Origin: Candidatus Hecatellales archaeon
Lineage (GTDB): Archaea > Thermoproteota > Bathyarchaeia > Hecatellales > Hecatellaceae
Assembly (NCBI GenBank): GCA_003661965.1
Contig: QMXD01000001.1
Span: forward strand, 1,258 to 65,257
Reading direction: 5' to 3'
DNA: 64,000 nt
The position numbers and the translations under genes were made by a program. How positions within the stretch are numbered: position 1 is the first letter of the stretch; each line of letters opens with the position of its first letter. Positions 1-9,204 of this stretch are shown here, piece by piece. The notes beneath the pieces were generated by a model. That model worked only from the letters and a program-made list of their open reading frames with translations. It made no database searches and was not told the DNA's origin.

Positions 1-987
1 GCTGCACTTGCTGCTGGTGAGGCTTTTTTGGCTTTGGGTAGTGATACTGGGGGGTCTATTCGTTGTCCAGCATGTTTTTGTGGGGTTGTCGGTCTTAAAC
101 CAACCTATGGTTTGGTTAGCCGTTATGGTTTGATAGCTTATGCAAACACCTTTGAGCAGATAGGTCCTATGGCAAGAACAACCTTTGATTGTGCTTTGCT
201 TTTAACCGTTATTGCTGGCTGGGATTGGAGAGATTCAACCTCTGTTGAAACACCCCAAAAAAGCTATGTTGAGGTTTTAGATGGGGAGCTTAAAGGGTTA
301 AAGGTTGGTATTCCTAGGGAGATGGTTGGGGAGGGTGTTGAAGAAAAGGTTGTTAAGGCTGTTTATGACTATGTTTTTAGGCTTGAAGAGTTTGGGGTTA
401 AATGGGAAGAGTTTTCCCTCCCAATTTTAAATTATGCCTTGCCAGCCTACTATCTTATTGCAATGTCTGAGGCTAGCTCAAACCTTGCAAGGTTTGATGG
501 GGTGAGGTATGGTTACAGGTTTCCCTCAGATGGAAACCTAGACTGGAACGATGTTTTTTCTAAGAGTAGGAGGGATGGGTTTGGTGCTGAGGTTAAAAGA
601 AGAATAATCCTTGGAACCTATGCTCTTTCAGCAGGATACTACGGAAAATTCTTCCTAAAATCTCTAAAAACGATAACCTTGATAAAAAAGGATTTTGAGG
701 AGGCGTTTAAACGGTTTGATGTTTTAATAGGTCCAACCATGCCTATCCTACCTTTTAAGCTTAAAGAAAAAATAGATAATCCTTTGGCTTTATACCTATG
801 CGACATTGACACTGTTCCAGCAAACCTTACAGGTGTTCCTGCAATAAGCTTCCCATGTGGTTTTTCCAACGGTTTACCTATTGGTGTTCAGGTTATGGCT
901 CCACCTTTCAGGGAAGACCTAACCCTAAAAATTGCCTACAAATCCGAGAAAATTCTTGGGTTTGATAGGTTTAAGCCAAACCTTTAG
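1..987 (+). CDS. gatA: Glutamyl/aspartyl-tRNA amidotransferase subunit A (GatA), 5'-truncated by window edge
   Basis: Amidase signature GSDTGGSIRCPA in frame from position 1; the ORF has no start inside the window. Stop TAG at 985-987. Confidence 0.85.
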   Translation, partial: AALAAGEAFLALGSDTGGSIRCPACFCGVVGLKPTYGLVSRYGLIAYANTFEQIGPMARTTFDCALLLTVIAGWDWRDSTSVETPQKSYVEVLDGELKGLKVGIPREMVGEGVEEKVVKAVYDYVFRLEEFGVKWEEFSLPILNYALPAYYLIAMSEASSNLARFDGVRYGYRFPSDGNLDWNDVFSKSRRDGFGAEVKRRIILGTYALSAGYYGKFFLKSLKTITLIKKDFEEAFKRFDVLIGPTMPILPFKLKEKIDNPLALYLCDIDTVPANLTGVPAISFPCGFSNGLPIGVQVMAPPFREDLTLKIAYKSEKILGFDRFKPNL

Positions 988-1002
988 GTGGAGGTTAAAA
1001 CC

Positions 1003-2454
1003 ATGAGTTTAGATTTAAAGGTTAAGATTGGTTTAGAAGTTCACTGTCAACTAACAAGCCTAAAAAGTAAGCTTTTTTGCGGATGCTCCTCAAACTACCG
1101 TGGAAAACCTCCAAACACATGTGTTTGTCCTGTTTGTCTAGGTTTACCTGGTGCAATGCCTGTTGTTAACAGGAAGGCAGTTGAAATGGCTTTACTTATT
1201 GCTTTAGCCTTAAACTGTAAAATTGCTAAAACAACATTTTTTGCACGTAAAAACTATTTTTATCCAGACCTACCAAAAAACTTCCAGATTTCCCAGTATG
1301 ATTTGGAGGGTGGGGAACCTTTAGCCTCAAACGGATACGTAACCTTTACAGTAAACAAAACAAGAAAAACCGTTAGAATTAGAAGAATCCATTTGGAGGA
1401 AGACCCTGGAAAACTTGTTCATCCCGGTGGGATTGGTGTTTCACCTTATACGCTTGTGGATTATAATAGGTCTGGTATAGCTTTGGTTGAGATTGTGACT
1501 GAACCTGACTTTGAAAGTCCTGTTGAAGCTAGAAGTTTTCTTCAAAAGTTAAGGTCTATTCTTGAGCATCTTGGAGTTTTTGATGGTAGTCTTGAGGGTG
1601 CTATGCGTTGTGATGCTAACGTTTCTGTTGAGGGTGGGGGAAGAATTGAGATAAAAAACATTTCATCTTTTAAGGATGTTGAAAGAGCGTTAAGCTATGA
1701 GATTATTAGACAAAAAGACCTTATTAAAAAGGGTGTAAAGTTTGGTATGGAAACCAGACATTGGGATGAAACTAAAAGGGTGACGGTAACCCTACGCACC
1801 AAGGAAGAGGAGCAGGATTACAGGTATTTTGTTGAGCCAGACCTATGCCCAATAGTTATTGGTGATGAGCTTATAGAAAAACTAAAAAAAGAGATGCCTG
1901 AGCTTCCAGACGCTAGAAAAGAGAGGTTTATACGTGAATATGGTTTGCCTGAATATAATGCTGAGGTTTTGGTTGGTGAAAGAGCTCTTGCAGACTTTTT
2001 TGAGGAGTGTGTTAAAATCTACGGTAAACCTAAACCTATCGCAAACTGGCTTATGGGGGACTTTCTCCAATGTCTTCACAGCCTAGATGTTTCTGTTAGC
2101 CAATGTAAGGTTAAACCTGAACATTTAGCCGATATGTTGATGCTTATAGATAAAGGTGACATAAGCATAAAAATTGCGAAAAAGGTTTTATGGGAAATGA
2201 TGAAAACAGGTAAAACTGCCTCAGTAGTGGTTGAGGAAAAAGGTTGGCGTAGAATAACAGATGAAAAGTTTCTTTTAGAGGTTATAGGCAAGGTTTTTCA
2301 GGAGAATTCTAAGGCTGTAAAAGATGCTTTGGTGGATGGTAAGGCTATCCACTATCTTGTGGGTAAGGTTATGGAGATAACCAAAGGTATGGCTGACCCT
2401 GAACTTACAAACAAGCTTATACGTGAAAAGTTAGCTGAACTAAAAAATGATTAA
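1003..2454 (+). CDS. gatB: Asp/Glu-tRNA amidotransferase subunit B (GatB)
   Basis: LEVHCQLTSL...CPVCLGLPGAMPVVN motifs. ATG at 1003 lies 15 nt downstream of the gatA stop; the ORF track starts earlier at GTG 988. Confidence 0.85.
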   Translation: MSLDLKVKIGLEVHCQLTSLKSKLFCGCSSNYRGKPPNTCVCPVCLGLPGAMPVVNRKAVEMALLIALALNCKIAKTTFFARKNYFYPDLPKNFQISQYDLEGGEPLASNGYVTFTVNKTRKTVRIRRIHLEEDPGKLVHPGGIGVSPYTLVDYNRSGIALVEIVTEPDFESPVEARSFLQKLRSILEHLGVFDGSLEGAMRCDANVSVEGGGRIEIKNISSFKDVERALSYEIIRQKDLIKKGVKFGMETRHWDETKRVTVTLRTKEEEQDYRYFVEPDLCPIVIGDELIEKLKKEMPELPDARKERFIREYGLPEYNAEVLVGERALADFFEECVKIYGKPKPIANWLMGDFLQCLHSLDVSVSQCKVKPEHLADMLMLIDKGDISIKIAKKVLWEMMKTGKTASVVVEEKGWRRITDEKFLLEVIGKVFQENSKAVKDALVDGKAIHYLVGKVMEITKGMADPELTNKLIREKLAELKND

Positions 2455-3028
2455 AAAAATCTATTTTGCAACCACAAACCAAAACAAGTTTAGGGAAGCT
2501 GAAAAAATTTTTTCTTTTCATGGTTTAAAACTTGAACATCTAAAACTTAAAACCATAGAAATCCAGTCTGAAAGCTTGGAGGAAATAGCCTTAAACAGCC
2601 TAAACCAGGTTTTATCAAAATGTAGGCTTCCAGTTTTTGTTGAGGATTCTGGGCTTTTTATTAAAGCCTTAAACGGTTTTCCCGGACCATATTCCTCCTA
2701 TGTTTTTAAGACTGTTGGTTTTGAGGGGATATTAAGACTGATGAAGGGTGTTAAGGATAGAAACGCCTACTTTCTTTCTGTTGTTGCTTTTGGAAGCCCA
2801 AACCATAAACCAAAAATTTTTGTTGGAAGGGTTTATGGGAGGATAGCTTTAAAGGCTAAAGGTTTAAACGGTTTTGGTTTTGACCCTATCTTTCAACCAG
2901 GAAACCTTAAAAAAACCTTTGGGGAGATGGAGGTTAAAGAAAAAAACAGGTATTCTCATAGGGCTAAAGCCATAAAAAAGCTTGTAGGTTGGCTTAAAAA
3001 AGGAAAATATTTTAACAGTAAACTCTAA
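2447..3028 (+). CDS. Non-canonical purine NTP pyrophosphatase (Ham1/RdgB family)
   Basis: N-terminal ATTNQNKFREAEKIF and FVEDSGLFIKALNGFPGPYSSY motifs. The 8-nt ATGATTAA overlap with the gatB stop suggests an operon. Confidence 0.8.
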   Translation: MIKKIYFATTNQNKFREAEKIFSFHGLKLEHLKLKTIEIQSESLEEIALNSLNQVLSKCRLPVFVEDSGLFIKALNGFPGPYSSYVFKTVGFEGILRLMKGVKDRNAYFLSVVAFGSPNHKPKIFVGRVYGRIALKAKGLNGFGFDPIFQPGNLKKTFGEMEVKEKNRYSHRAKAIKKLVGWLKKGKYFNSKL

Positions 3029-3084
3029 ATGCTTTTTCTCCTATTCAGTTAGGGTTAAACAAAACCTTATGAGTGTAAAAGGGG

Positions 3085-4266
3085 ATGGCAAACCAGCAAA
3101 AAAACGCTTCTCTACTCTTTTTCCTCTACCTTTCAATGTTTATGGCAACCTTTAGTGTTGGAATTTATAATCCGCTTATCCCCCTTTACGCAAAACTTCT
3201 TGGAGCAACCTACATGGATTTAGGGGTTATTGGAACAGTTTTCGCTTTACCCTATGCAATCCTACCAGCCTTTATCGGAAGCCTAACAGACAAACTTGGA
3301 AGAAAACCGTTTTATGTTGGTGGGATTTCCCTCCTAACAGTCATAGCAATCCTATTTATTTTTGCATCAAACGTTAAAGACATAATCCTTATTAGGGTTT
3401 TAAACGGGGTTGCATACTCTTTCCTTTGGCCTGTTGCAGAACCTATGATTGTTGATGTAACATCCATCCATGAAAGAACAAGGGTTTTAGGTAGGTTTAG
3501 CTTTTTTTGGGCTTTAGGTTTTCTACTTAGCCCTTTTTTTGGAGGGTTTATTGTTGAAGGTTTTGGTTTTTATCCTCTTTTTATTGTGGCTATGCTTATA
3601 GGTTTAGCAGCCTCAACAGTAGCCTTCTACGGTTTAATCTATAAACAGGAAGATGAAGCCAGTCACACTAAAAAGGTTTGGATAGAAAATCCCGACAGTG
3701 AAAGCCTAAAAGGATCTGGTGGTCTTTTCCCCTTCTACCTAACAATAGTTGTTTATAGTATTGTTATAGGGATAGTTTTCTCCATTTTTCCTGTTTATGC
3801 AAACAGTTTTAATGTTTCCTCCTTCCAAATAGGAATCCTATTTACCGTTTTTGGTGTTTCAAGAGTTATTGTTTTCCTAAACTCTGAAAACGTCTCAAAA
3901 CTTTTTGGAGAAAAAAACTCTATAATTTTGGCTTTAATCACCCAGATAGCAGCATTAACATTAATGGCTTCAACAAAAAATCTAGCTTCATTCCTCTCCG
4001 CAATGGTTCTTTTAGGGTTGTCGTCAGGAATTATCTCACCAATCACAATATCTATAGCCTCAAAAATCGCCAAAAAAGAAAAAATTGGAGCAACCTTAGG
4101 CTCCATGGAGTCGTTTGTCGGGTTGGGTATGACTGTTGGACCTATTGTCGGTGGAACTTTAGCAGAAAAGGTTAGTATAGAGTCACCCTATATTGTTACA
4201 GGAATTCTCTGCCTTCTCCCATTAGCAGTTTTGGTTAAGGGTTTAGAAAAATCTAAGAAGGGTTAA
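3085..4266 (+). CDS. MFS transporter
   Basis: ~12 predicted TM helices, MFS-like D-R/K-x-G-R loop (LTDKLGRKP), 393 aa. Confidence 0.7.
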   Translation: MANQQKNASLLFFLYLSMFMATFSVGIYNPLIPLYAKLLGATYMDLGVIGTVFALPYAILPAFIGSLTDKLGRKPFYVGGISLLTVIAILFIFASNVKDIILIRVLNGVAYSFLWPVAEPMIVDVTSIHERTRVLGRFSFFWALGFLLSPFFGGFIVEGFGFYPLFIVAMLIGLAASTVAFYGLIYKQEDEASHTKKVWIENPDSESLKGSGGLFPFYLTIVVYSIVIGIVFSIFPVYANSFNVSSFQIGILFTVFGVSRVIVFLNSENVSKLFGEKNSIILALITQIAALTLMASTKNLASFLSAMVLLGLSSGIISPITISIASKIAKKEKIGATLGSMESFVGLGMTVGPIVGGTLAEKVSIESPYIVTGILCLLPLAVLVKGLEKSKKG

Positions 4267-4293
4267 AAACTAATAGATAGTAGGCTTAACGAA

Positions 4294-4572
4294 GTGTTAA
4301 AAGAGATGGTTAATAAACAACAACGTTGTGAAATTTGTGGGGAGGATGTTTACCCCCTACCCTACATATGTAAATATTGTGGGAAAACTTTTTGTGTTGA
4401 ACATAGACTCCCAGAAAAACACAACTGTGAAAGGCTTGCTGAAGCCATAGAAAAAACAAAAAACAGCAAAATTCTAGATTTAACAAGCGAAATAATAGAG
4501 TTTGAGAAAGCTCAAAAAGAAAGGTCAAAAGGGCTTTTAAAAAAGCTAGGCAAAAAGATAAGGTTTAAATAA
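4294..4572 (+). CDS. AN1-type zinc-finger protein
   Basis: CxxC...CxxC...CxxH..H..C spacing (CEICG..CKYCGKTFCVEHRLPEKHNC). Start is GTG 4294 or ATG 4306. Confidence 0.6.
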   Translation: MLKEMVNKQQRCEICGEDVYPLPYICKYCGKTFCVEHRLPEKHNCERLAEAIEKTKNSKILDLTSEIIEFEKAQKERSKGLLKKLGKKIRFK

Positions 4573-4582
4573 GGGTGGATAA

Positions 4583-4780
4583 ATGCCTATCAAAAACTTT
4601 TTCAAAACCTTACTTAAAAAGAAGTCAAACAACAAAAAAACCATGTTTGTATGTCCAAGATGTGGAAGCTTAAAAGTTTATCCCTCAAGCTGGATGAACG
4701 GATGGTTAACCCCAACCCAATACGTATGTGAAAACTGCGGATATAAGGGACCTATCCTCCTAAAACTTGAAAAAGAGTAA
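4583..4780 (+). CDS. Small zinc-ribbon protein
   Basis: CPRCG...CENCG pair, 65 aa. Confidence 0.45.
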   Translation: MPIKNFFKTLLKKKSNNKKTMFVCPRCGSLKVYPSSWMNGWLTPTQYVCENCGYKGPILLKLEKE

Positions 4781-4787
4781 GGGTGGA

Positions 4788-5105
4788 CTATTCAACAGTA
4801 ACTATCAGGTTTCTGTTTTCAGCAAGCATAATAGCAATTTTTCTTCTAGCATTTTCAAGACAACGCCAAAGCGTCCCCCTAGAAATCCCCATCCTACGAG
4901 CAGCTTCTTCTTGGGTTAAACCCTCATAAAATATAAGCCTATAAGCCTCAAACTCGTCGTAGGTCATATAGATAGGTGACCTATCAATTCTTGGGGTTCC
5001 ATTAGGGTTTAAAGGAACAAACTGGATTGTTCTAGGTTTTACGTTTATAATTCTAGGTTTCATAGGTCTACCTGGACCGCTCCACCTACGACGCCAAGTC
5101 CACAT
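4788..5105 (-). CDS. DUF134/UPF0251 family HTH protein (putative regulator of the Nif-like cluster)
   Basis: C-terminal sigma-70 region-4-like HTH (LTQEEAARRMGISRGTLWRCLENARRKIA). This family is classically adjacent to MinD-like 4Fe-4S ATPases and NifX-like genes. The conserved core probably starts at the internal Met (~5063). Confidence 0.6.
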   Translation of the reverse strand: MWTWRRRWSGPGRPMKPRIINVKPRTIQFVPLNPNGTPRIDRSPIYMTYDEFEAYRLIFYEGLTQEEAARRMGISRGTLWRCLENARRKIAIMLAENRNLIVTVE

Positions 5106-5182
5106 GCCAAATCCTACCCCTAAAATAGTTTAACAATCGTCTACCTAACTAAAAAAGTGGATATTCTACAACTCTTTTAAGT

Positions 5183-6052
5183 TTAACTCAAACCAAGAAA
5201 ACTGGTTATTCTACCCCAAACTCTCCTTATCTTTTCTGAGACATCAGAGTTTGGTGCATATTCAACAACAGGTTTTCCGTTGGTTAAAGCCTCAACAACA
5301 ATAGGGTTAAACGGTATTTTTTCAACAGCCTCAACCCCAGCCTCCCTACAAAAACCAACAATTTCCTCTGTTTTTTGCAGGTTTAAATCATACATGTTTA
5401 TAAGAACCATCGCTGGAATCCTAAAAAACCCTGTTAAATCCAAAATTCTTTGTAGGTCATGAAGACCTGAAACAGTAGGCTCTGTAATAACTAATGCAAG
5501 ATTAACCTCGCCAAGAGAAGCGATAACAGGACAACCTATCCCTGGAGGACCATCAACCAAAATAAGCTTTTTATCCTCTTTTAAGGCAAGGTTTTTAGCG
5601 TTATTTTTAACCAAGGTTACAAGCTTACCTGAATTAGACTCAGCAGCCTCAAGTTTTGCATGAACTAAGGGTCCATACCTTGTTCTTGAAACAAAAACAT
5701 ACCCTGAAACCTTCTCTTTTAAGGTTACAGCCTTAACAGGACATACATATGCACATACACCACAACCCTCACATAGGATAGGGTTAACCCTAAAATTTTT
5801 TATCGCATCAAACCTACAATGCTCCTCACATAACCCACATTTAACACATTTAGACTCATCTATTAAGGCAAGTTTTGAGCCTTTAAACTCCTCTTTAAAC
5901 TCAAGTTTTTCAGGTTTTAGGAGTAGATGTAGGTCTGGAGCATCAACATCACAATCAGCAACCACAAGGTTTTTTCCTAGAGAGGTTAGGGACGCAACCA
6001 AAGTTGTTTTTCCAGTTCCACCCTTCCCACTTAAAACAACAACCTGCTTCAT
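5183..6052 (-). CDS. MinD/Mrp-superfamily P-loop ATPase with inserted 2x[4Fe-4S] ferredoxin domain
   Basis: Walker A GKGGTGKTT, two CxxCxxCxxxCP clusters (CVKCGLCEEHC, CEGCGVCAYVCP). 4-nt overlap with the next gene. Confidence 0.8.
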   Translation of the reverse strand: MKQVVVLSGKGGTGKTTLVASLTSLGKNLVVADCDVDAPDLHLLLKPEKLEFKEEFKGSKLALIDESKCVKCGLCEEHCRFDAIKNFRVNPILCEGCGVCAYVCPVKAVTLKEKVSGYVFVSRTRYGPLVHAKLEAAESNSGKLVTLVKNNAKNLALKEDKKLILVDGPPGIGCPVIASLGEVNLALVITEPTVSGLHDLQRILDLTGFFRIPAMVLINMYDLNLQKTEEIVGFCREAGVEAVEKIPFNPIVVEALTNGKPVVEYAPNSDVSEKIRRVWGRITSFLGLS

Positions 6053-6894
6053 TTTCCCATCCTCTCCCTAATAGCCCTAAAAAGACCTGAAAACTTTTCT
6101 TTCCATTCAGGGTTTTCCTCAACCAAAGTTTTTCCTTGCGAATAAAGTTCAGCTATTTTTCGGCTATAGGGGATTTCAAGAAGTATAGGAATTTTTTCTT
6201 TCTCACAATATTTGTAGACATCCTTGTTTCCTATCCCAGCCTTATTAACAACAACACCAAACTTTATCCCCATCTTTTTAACAGTTTCAACCATAAGCCT
6301 TAAATCATATAAGCCAAAAGGTGTAGGTTCCGTGACAAGAATACAGAAGTCGCTTCCCTCAACCGAAGCTATAACAGGACAAGATGTTCCTGGTGGAGAA
6401 TCAACTATCACATTTTTTTCTTTAACAGCCTCCTTTTTCACCTCGTTTATTACTGGTACAGGTCTAGGTTCACCCACACTTAACCTACCAGAAACAAACA
6501 TTAAATTTTTTGAGTAGCCTTTTTCAACAACACCAACCTGTTTTTTATCTTCAGTTATAGCTTTTTTTGGGCAGATAAGTATACATCCTCCACAGTTATG
6601 GCATAACTCATAAAAAACCATAATTTTCCTAGGAACCACAACAATAGCATTATATTCACAAAACTCTGAACATTTTTTACAGAAGTCACAATTTTTTTCG
6701 TTGATTTTTGGGGTTAAAACGTGGACAGGTTTTTTCTCCACGATTTTAGGTTTTATAAATAGATGGCTGTTTGGCTCTTCAACATCACAGTCTAAAAGTT
6801 GGGCGTTATCTATGGATAAAGCCAAATTAACAGACACAAACGTTTTTCCAGTTCCACCCTTTCCACTCGCAACAGAAACAATCATCGTTGACAA
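6049..6894 (-). CDS. MinD/Mrp-superfamily P-loop ATPase with inserted ferredoxin domain (paralog)
   Basis: Walker A GKGGTGKTF, Cys clusters CDFCKKCSEFC / CHNCGGCILICP. Confidence 0.8.
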   Translation of the reverse strand: MSTMIVSVASGKGGTGKTFVSVNLALSIDNAQLLDCDVEEPNSHLFIKPKIVEKKPVHVLTPKINEKNCDFCKKCSEFCEYNAIVVVPRKIMVFYELCHNCGGCILICPKKAITEDKKQVGVVEKGYSKNLMFVSGRLSVGEPRPVPVINEVKKEAVKEKNVIVDSPPGTSCPVIASVEGSDFCILVTEPTPFGLYDLRLMVETVKKMGIKFGVVVNKAGIGNKDVYKYCEKEKIPILLEIPYSRKIAELYSQGKTLVEENPEWKEKFSGLFRAIRERMGK

Positions 6895-6936
6895 TAACTT
6901 TATCCTAAAGAAAAAAATAAAGTTTCCTAAAACTGT

Positions 6937-7386
6937 TTACTCATGTCTGTGCATTCTACAAACGTTTTCATCAGTTGCCATTTGAAGTTTTCCAGCCTGC
7001 CATGCACGGATAGCCTCTCTTACAGTCCCATAAGCACCAACATAAACTTCAACACCAAACCGTTCAAACATACGAACAGCCCTAGGACCAATCCCAGAAC
7101 AAATCATCACATCAACACCATGACTTCTCATTATTTCTGGTGGGAGACCACTACCACCCATATGTTCACTTGCATTTTGAATAACCTCAACCTTACCTGT
7201 TGACAAATCAACTATTGTAAAGGTTGGTGCTCTACCAAAATGTTCACATACCTCATCATCTAAGCCTCTCCAACCTAAGGTTGGAACACAAACCCTTAAA
7301 CCACCCATTCTTTTGGCTTCTTGGCTACGTGTTAACTCTAAAAGCTTTTTTCTCTTAATTTTTTCAAGCTCTTCATCTTCAGCCAT
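6937..7386 (-). CDS. NifX/NifB-like (dinitrogenase FeMo-cofactor-binding domain) protein with N-terminal coiled-coil motif
   Basis: The core (CVPTLGWRGLDDEVCEHFGRAPTFTIVDL...VMICSGIGPRAVRMFERFGVEVY) matches the NifX-NifB fold family. The N-terminus (EDEELEKIKRKKLLELTRSQEAK) matches the cluster-wide coiled-coil motif. ATG at 7386; the ORF track extends to TTG 7407. Confidence 0.7.
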   Translation of the reverse strand: MAEDEELEKIKRKKLLELTRSQEAKRMGGLRVCVPTLGWRGLDDEVCEHFGRAPTFTIVDLSTGKVEVIQNASEHMGGSGLPPEIMRSHGVDVMICSGIGPRAVRMFERFGVEVYVGAYGTVREAIRAWQAGKLQMATDENVCRMHRHE

Positions 7387-7440
7387 TCTAACCACCAAAA
7401 ATAACAAAAATGGTTATGTTGTTTATAGACTTAGATTCTT

Positions 7441-7758
7441 CTACTTTTTAAGTTCTTCAAGCCTTCTTCTTGTATCTTCAAGCTCCCTTTCAAGAGCTTT
7501 TGCCTGCTCTTCCAACATTGCTATCTCATCCTCTCTTGTTAAGGTTGGTGCTCCTGGAAAACTCCATGGTGTTATTGGACCGTAGATTCCTGTCCACCAC
7601 CATCTTGGAAGCCATGGGAACCATCTACAACGCCACCACCAATCCCATGGGAACCAGCTGTAAGCCCAATAGGTATAGTATGGTGTGTATGTGTAGCCGT
7701 AACCTCCGAAAAGGTATGGAAAAATAAACCATCCCCATGGACCTAAGCCAAAAGGCAT
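7441..7758 (-). CDS. Ultra-Trp/Tyr-rich low-complexity protein with C-terminal conserved coiled-coil
   Basis: 105 aa; the first ~70 aa are ~20% Trp (PWGWF, DWWW, RWWW, YTPYYTYW). C-terminus TREDEIAMLEEQAKALERELEDTRRRLEELKK. Strong SD GGAGGTG 6 nt upstream. Lies 54 nt upstream of the NifX-like gene on the same strand. Confidence 0.6.
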   Translation of the reverse strand: MPFGLGPWGWFIFPYLFGGYGYTYTPYYTYWAYSWFPWDWWWRCRWFPWLPRWWWTGIYGPITPWSFPGAPTLTREDEIAMLEEQAKALERELEDTRRRLEELKK

Positions 7759-7795
7759 GTTAGCACCTCCAAGGTTTATGGTCTGAGATGTTTAT

Positions 7796-7822
7796 GTGCA
7801 TTTGCATAAAATATATTTTTCG
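7796..7822. promoter_or_regulatory. Bidirectional promoter: TATA-like box plus palindromic operator GTGCATTTGCAT
   Basis: ATGTGCATTTGCATAAAATATATTTTT at 7794-7820. Sits between the divergent Trp-rich gene (-) and the radical SAM gene (+). The same motif occurs at 9964-9975 and 10578-10589. Confidence 0.55.
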
Positions 7823-7848
7823 CAAAACAATAAAACAGTTAGATGTAA

Positions 7849-8845
7849 AATGGGAGAATGGTCAACAGTATATGGACCTGTACCCTCATGGAGGCTAGGT
7901 TTTTCCCTCGGTATAGACCCTTTAAAACCACCAAAAACATGCACCTTCGACTGTATCTACTGTCAACTAGGTAAAACAGTTAAAAAAGTCTCAAAACCAG
8001 AGGATGTTTATCCCCATGTTTCCACGAGAAAAATTCTTAAAGACTTAGAAAAAACCCTAAAAAAAGTAGACTTAAAAAACGTAGACTATTTAACTTTTTC
8101 AGGGACTGGTGAGCCAACCCTAAACCCAAACCTTGGTGAGGTTGTGGATGAGGTTAAAAGGCTTATTAACGATAAGCCTATAGCAATCTTAACAAACTCA
8201 TCCTTGCTAGATAGGGAAACCGTTAGAAGAAGTCTTAAAAAAATGGATTTAGTTGTTGCAAAACTTGATGCTCCAAACCAGAAACTATTTAAAAAAATAA
8301 ATAGACCCTCTAACGGTATAACTTTAACCTCCATAATTAAAGGCTTAAAAAGTCTGAGAAAAGAATACTCCGGGAGACTTGCAATCCAAATAATGTTTGT
8401 TAAATCAACCATGGGTGAAAAATTAAACACGGAAAAAGAGGTTGTTGAAGGTTTAACAAGGATAATTGAAAAAGTCTCTCCAGATGAAGTTTACATAAAC
8501 ATACCTACAAGACCACCATCAGAAAACCATGTAACTATACCAGAAAACCAAGAAATAGAAAAAATATCTAAAATGTTTGGGGAAAGGCTTAACTGGATAA
8601 AAGTTGTTTCTAGGATGGCTACCAGTAAAACCTGGAAAAAAATGGAAAAAAAGGTTTTAGAGGATTTAGAGAAAAGAATAATGGAAACCTTAAAACGTAG
8701 ACCATGTAACCTTAAAGACCTAACTGAAATTTTTGGGGTCCCAGAAAAAACTTTAAGTCTTCATCTTAACAGTCTAGTGGAGAAAGGAAAAATTTTAGCT
8801 TTAAAATATCAGGGTTTAACCTACTATAAGTTGGCTAATCTTTAA
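7849..8845 (+). CDS. Radical SAM protein with C-terminal winged-helix domain
   Basis: CTFDCIYCQ (CxxxCxxC) after GPVPSWRLGFSLGI. C-terminal wHTH-like LNSLVEKGKILALKYQGLTYYKLA. ATG 7849 is preferred over ORF-track 7796, which overlaps the operator. Confidence 0.7.
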
Positions 8846-9188
8846 CAAGTCCAGCGTTTTTTATTGCTTCAGCAACCGTAATACCAGGTTCAACCTTAAT
8901 CTTTTCAATTTTGTTTTGTTCTAGGAGGGTTGTTGCTCCAGGACCTATCTCACCAGCTAAAACAACGTTAACGTTTGAGTCTGCAAGCATCTTAATAACT
9001 ATAGGTCCAACACCAGACTTATAGTCTAAAGCTGAGTTTCTAAGAACTTTTACATCCTTTATTTTTTTCTCTTCCAAGTCTACTATTGTAAAGGTGTTTG
9101 CTCTACTAAAAACCTCTGAAACAGTATCCTCTAAACCTTTATCACCGTTGGTTGGAACAGCAACCCTAATCTTCTTCAAAAAATTCAC
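8835..9188 (-). CDS. NifX/NifB-like cofactor-binding domain protein
   Basis: KIRVAVPTNGDKGLEDTVSEVFSRANTFTIVDL...VNVVLAGEIGPGA fits the dinitrogenase FeMo-cofactor-binding fold family. 117 aa. Confidence 0.7.
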   Translation of the reverse strand: MNFLKKIRVAVPTNGDKGLEDTVSEVFSRANTFTIVDLEEKKIKDVKVLRNSALDYKSGVGPIVIKMLADSNVNVVLAGEIGPGATTLLEQNKIEKIKVEPGITVAEAIKNAGLVKD

Positions 9189-9204
9189 CTAGAAAAATTT
9201 TTGT

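Noticed and set aside
4788-5105. Trp/Arg-rich N-terminal extension (MWTWRRRWSGPGRP) of the DUF134 ORF
   Set aside because: It is tempting to link this to the Trp-rich family. The conserved DUF134 core starts at the internal Met and the extension is most likely untranslated upstream sequence in frame.
7313-7727. Plus-strand ORFs (7313-7585, 7470-7727) overlapping the Trp-rich gene
   Set aside because: Ser/Leu-rich antisense frames without RBS. The minus-strand gene has a strong SD, the conserved coiled-coil motif and a paralog.
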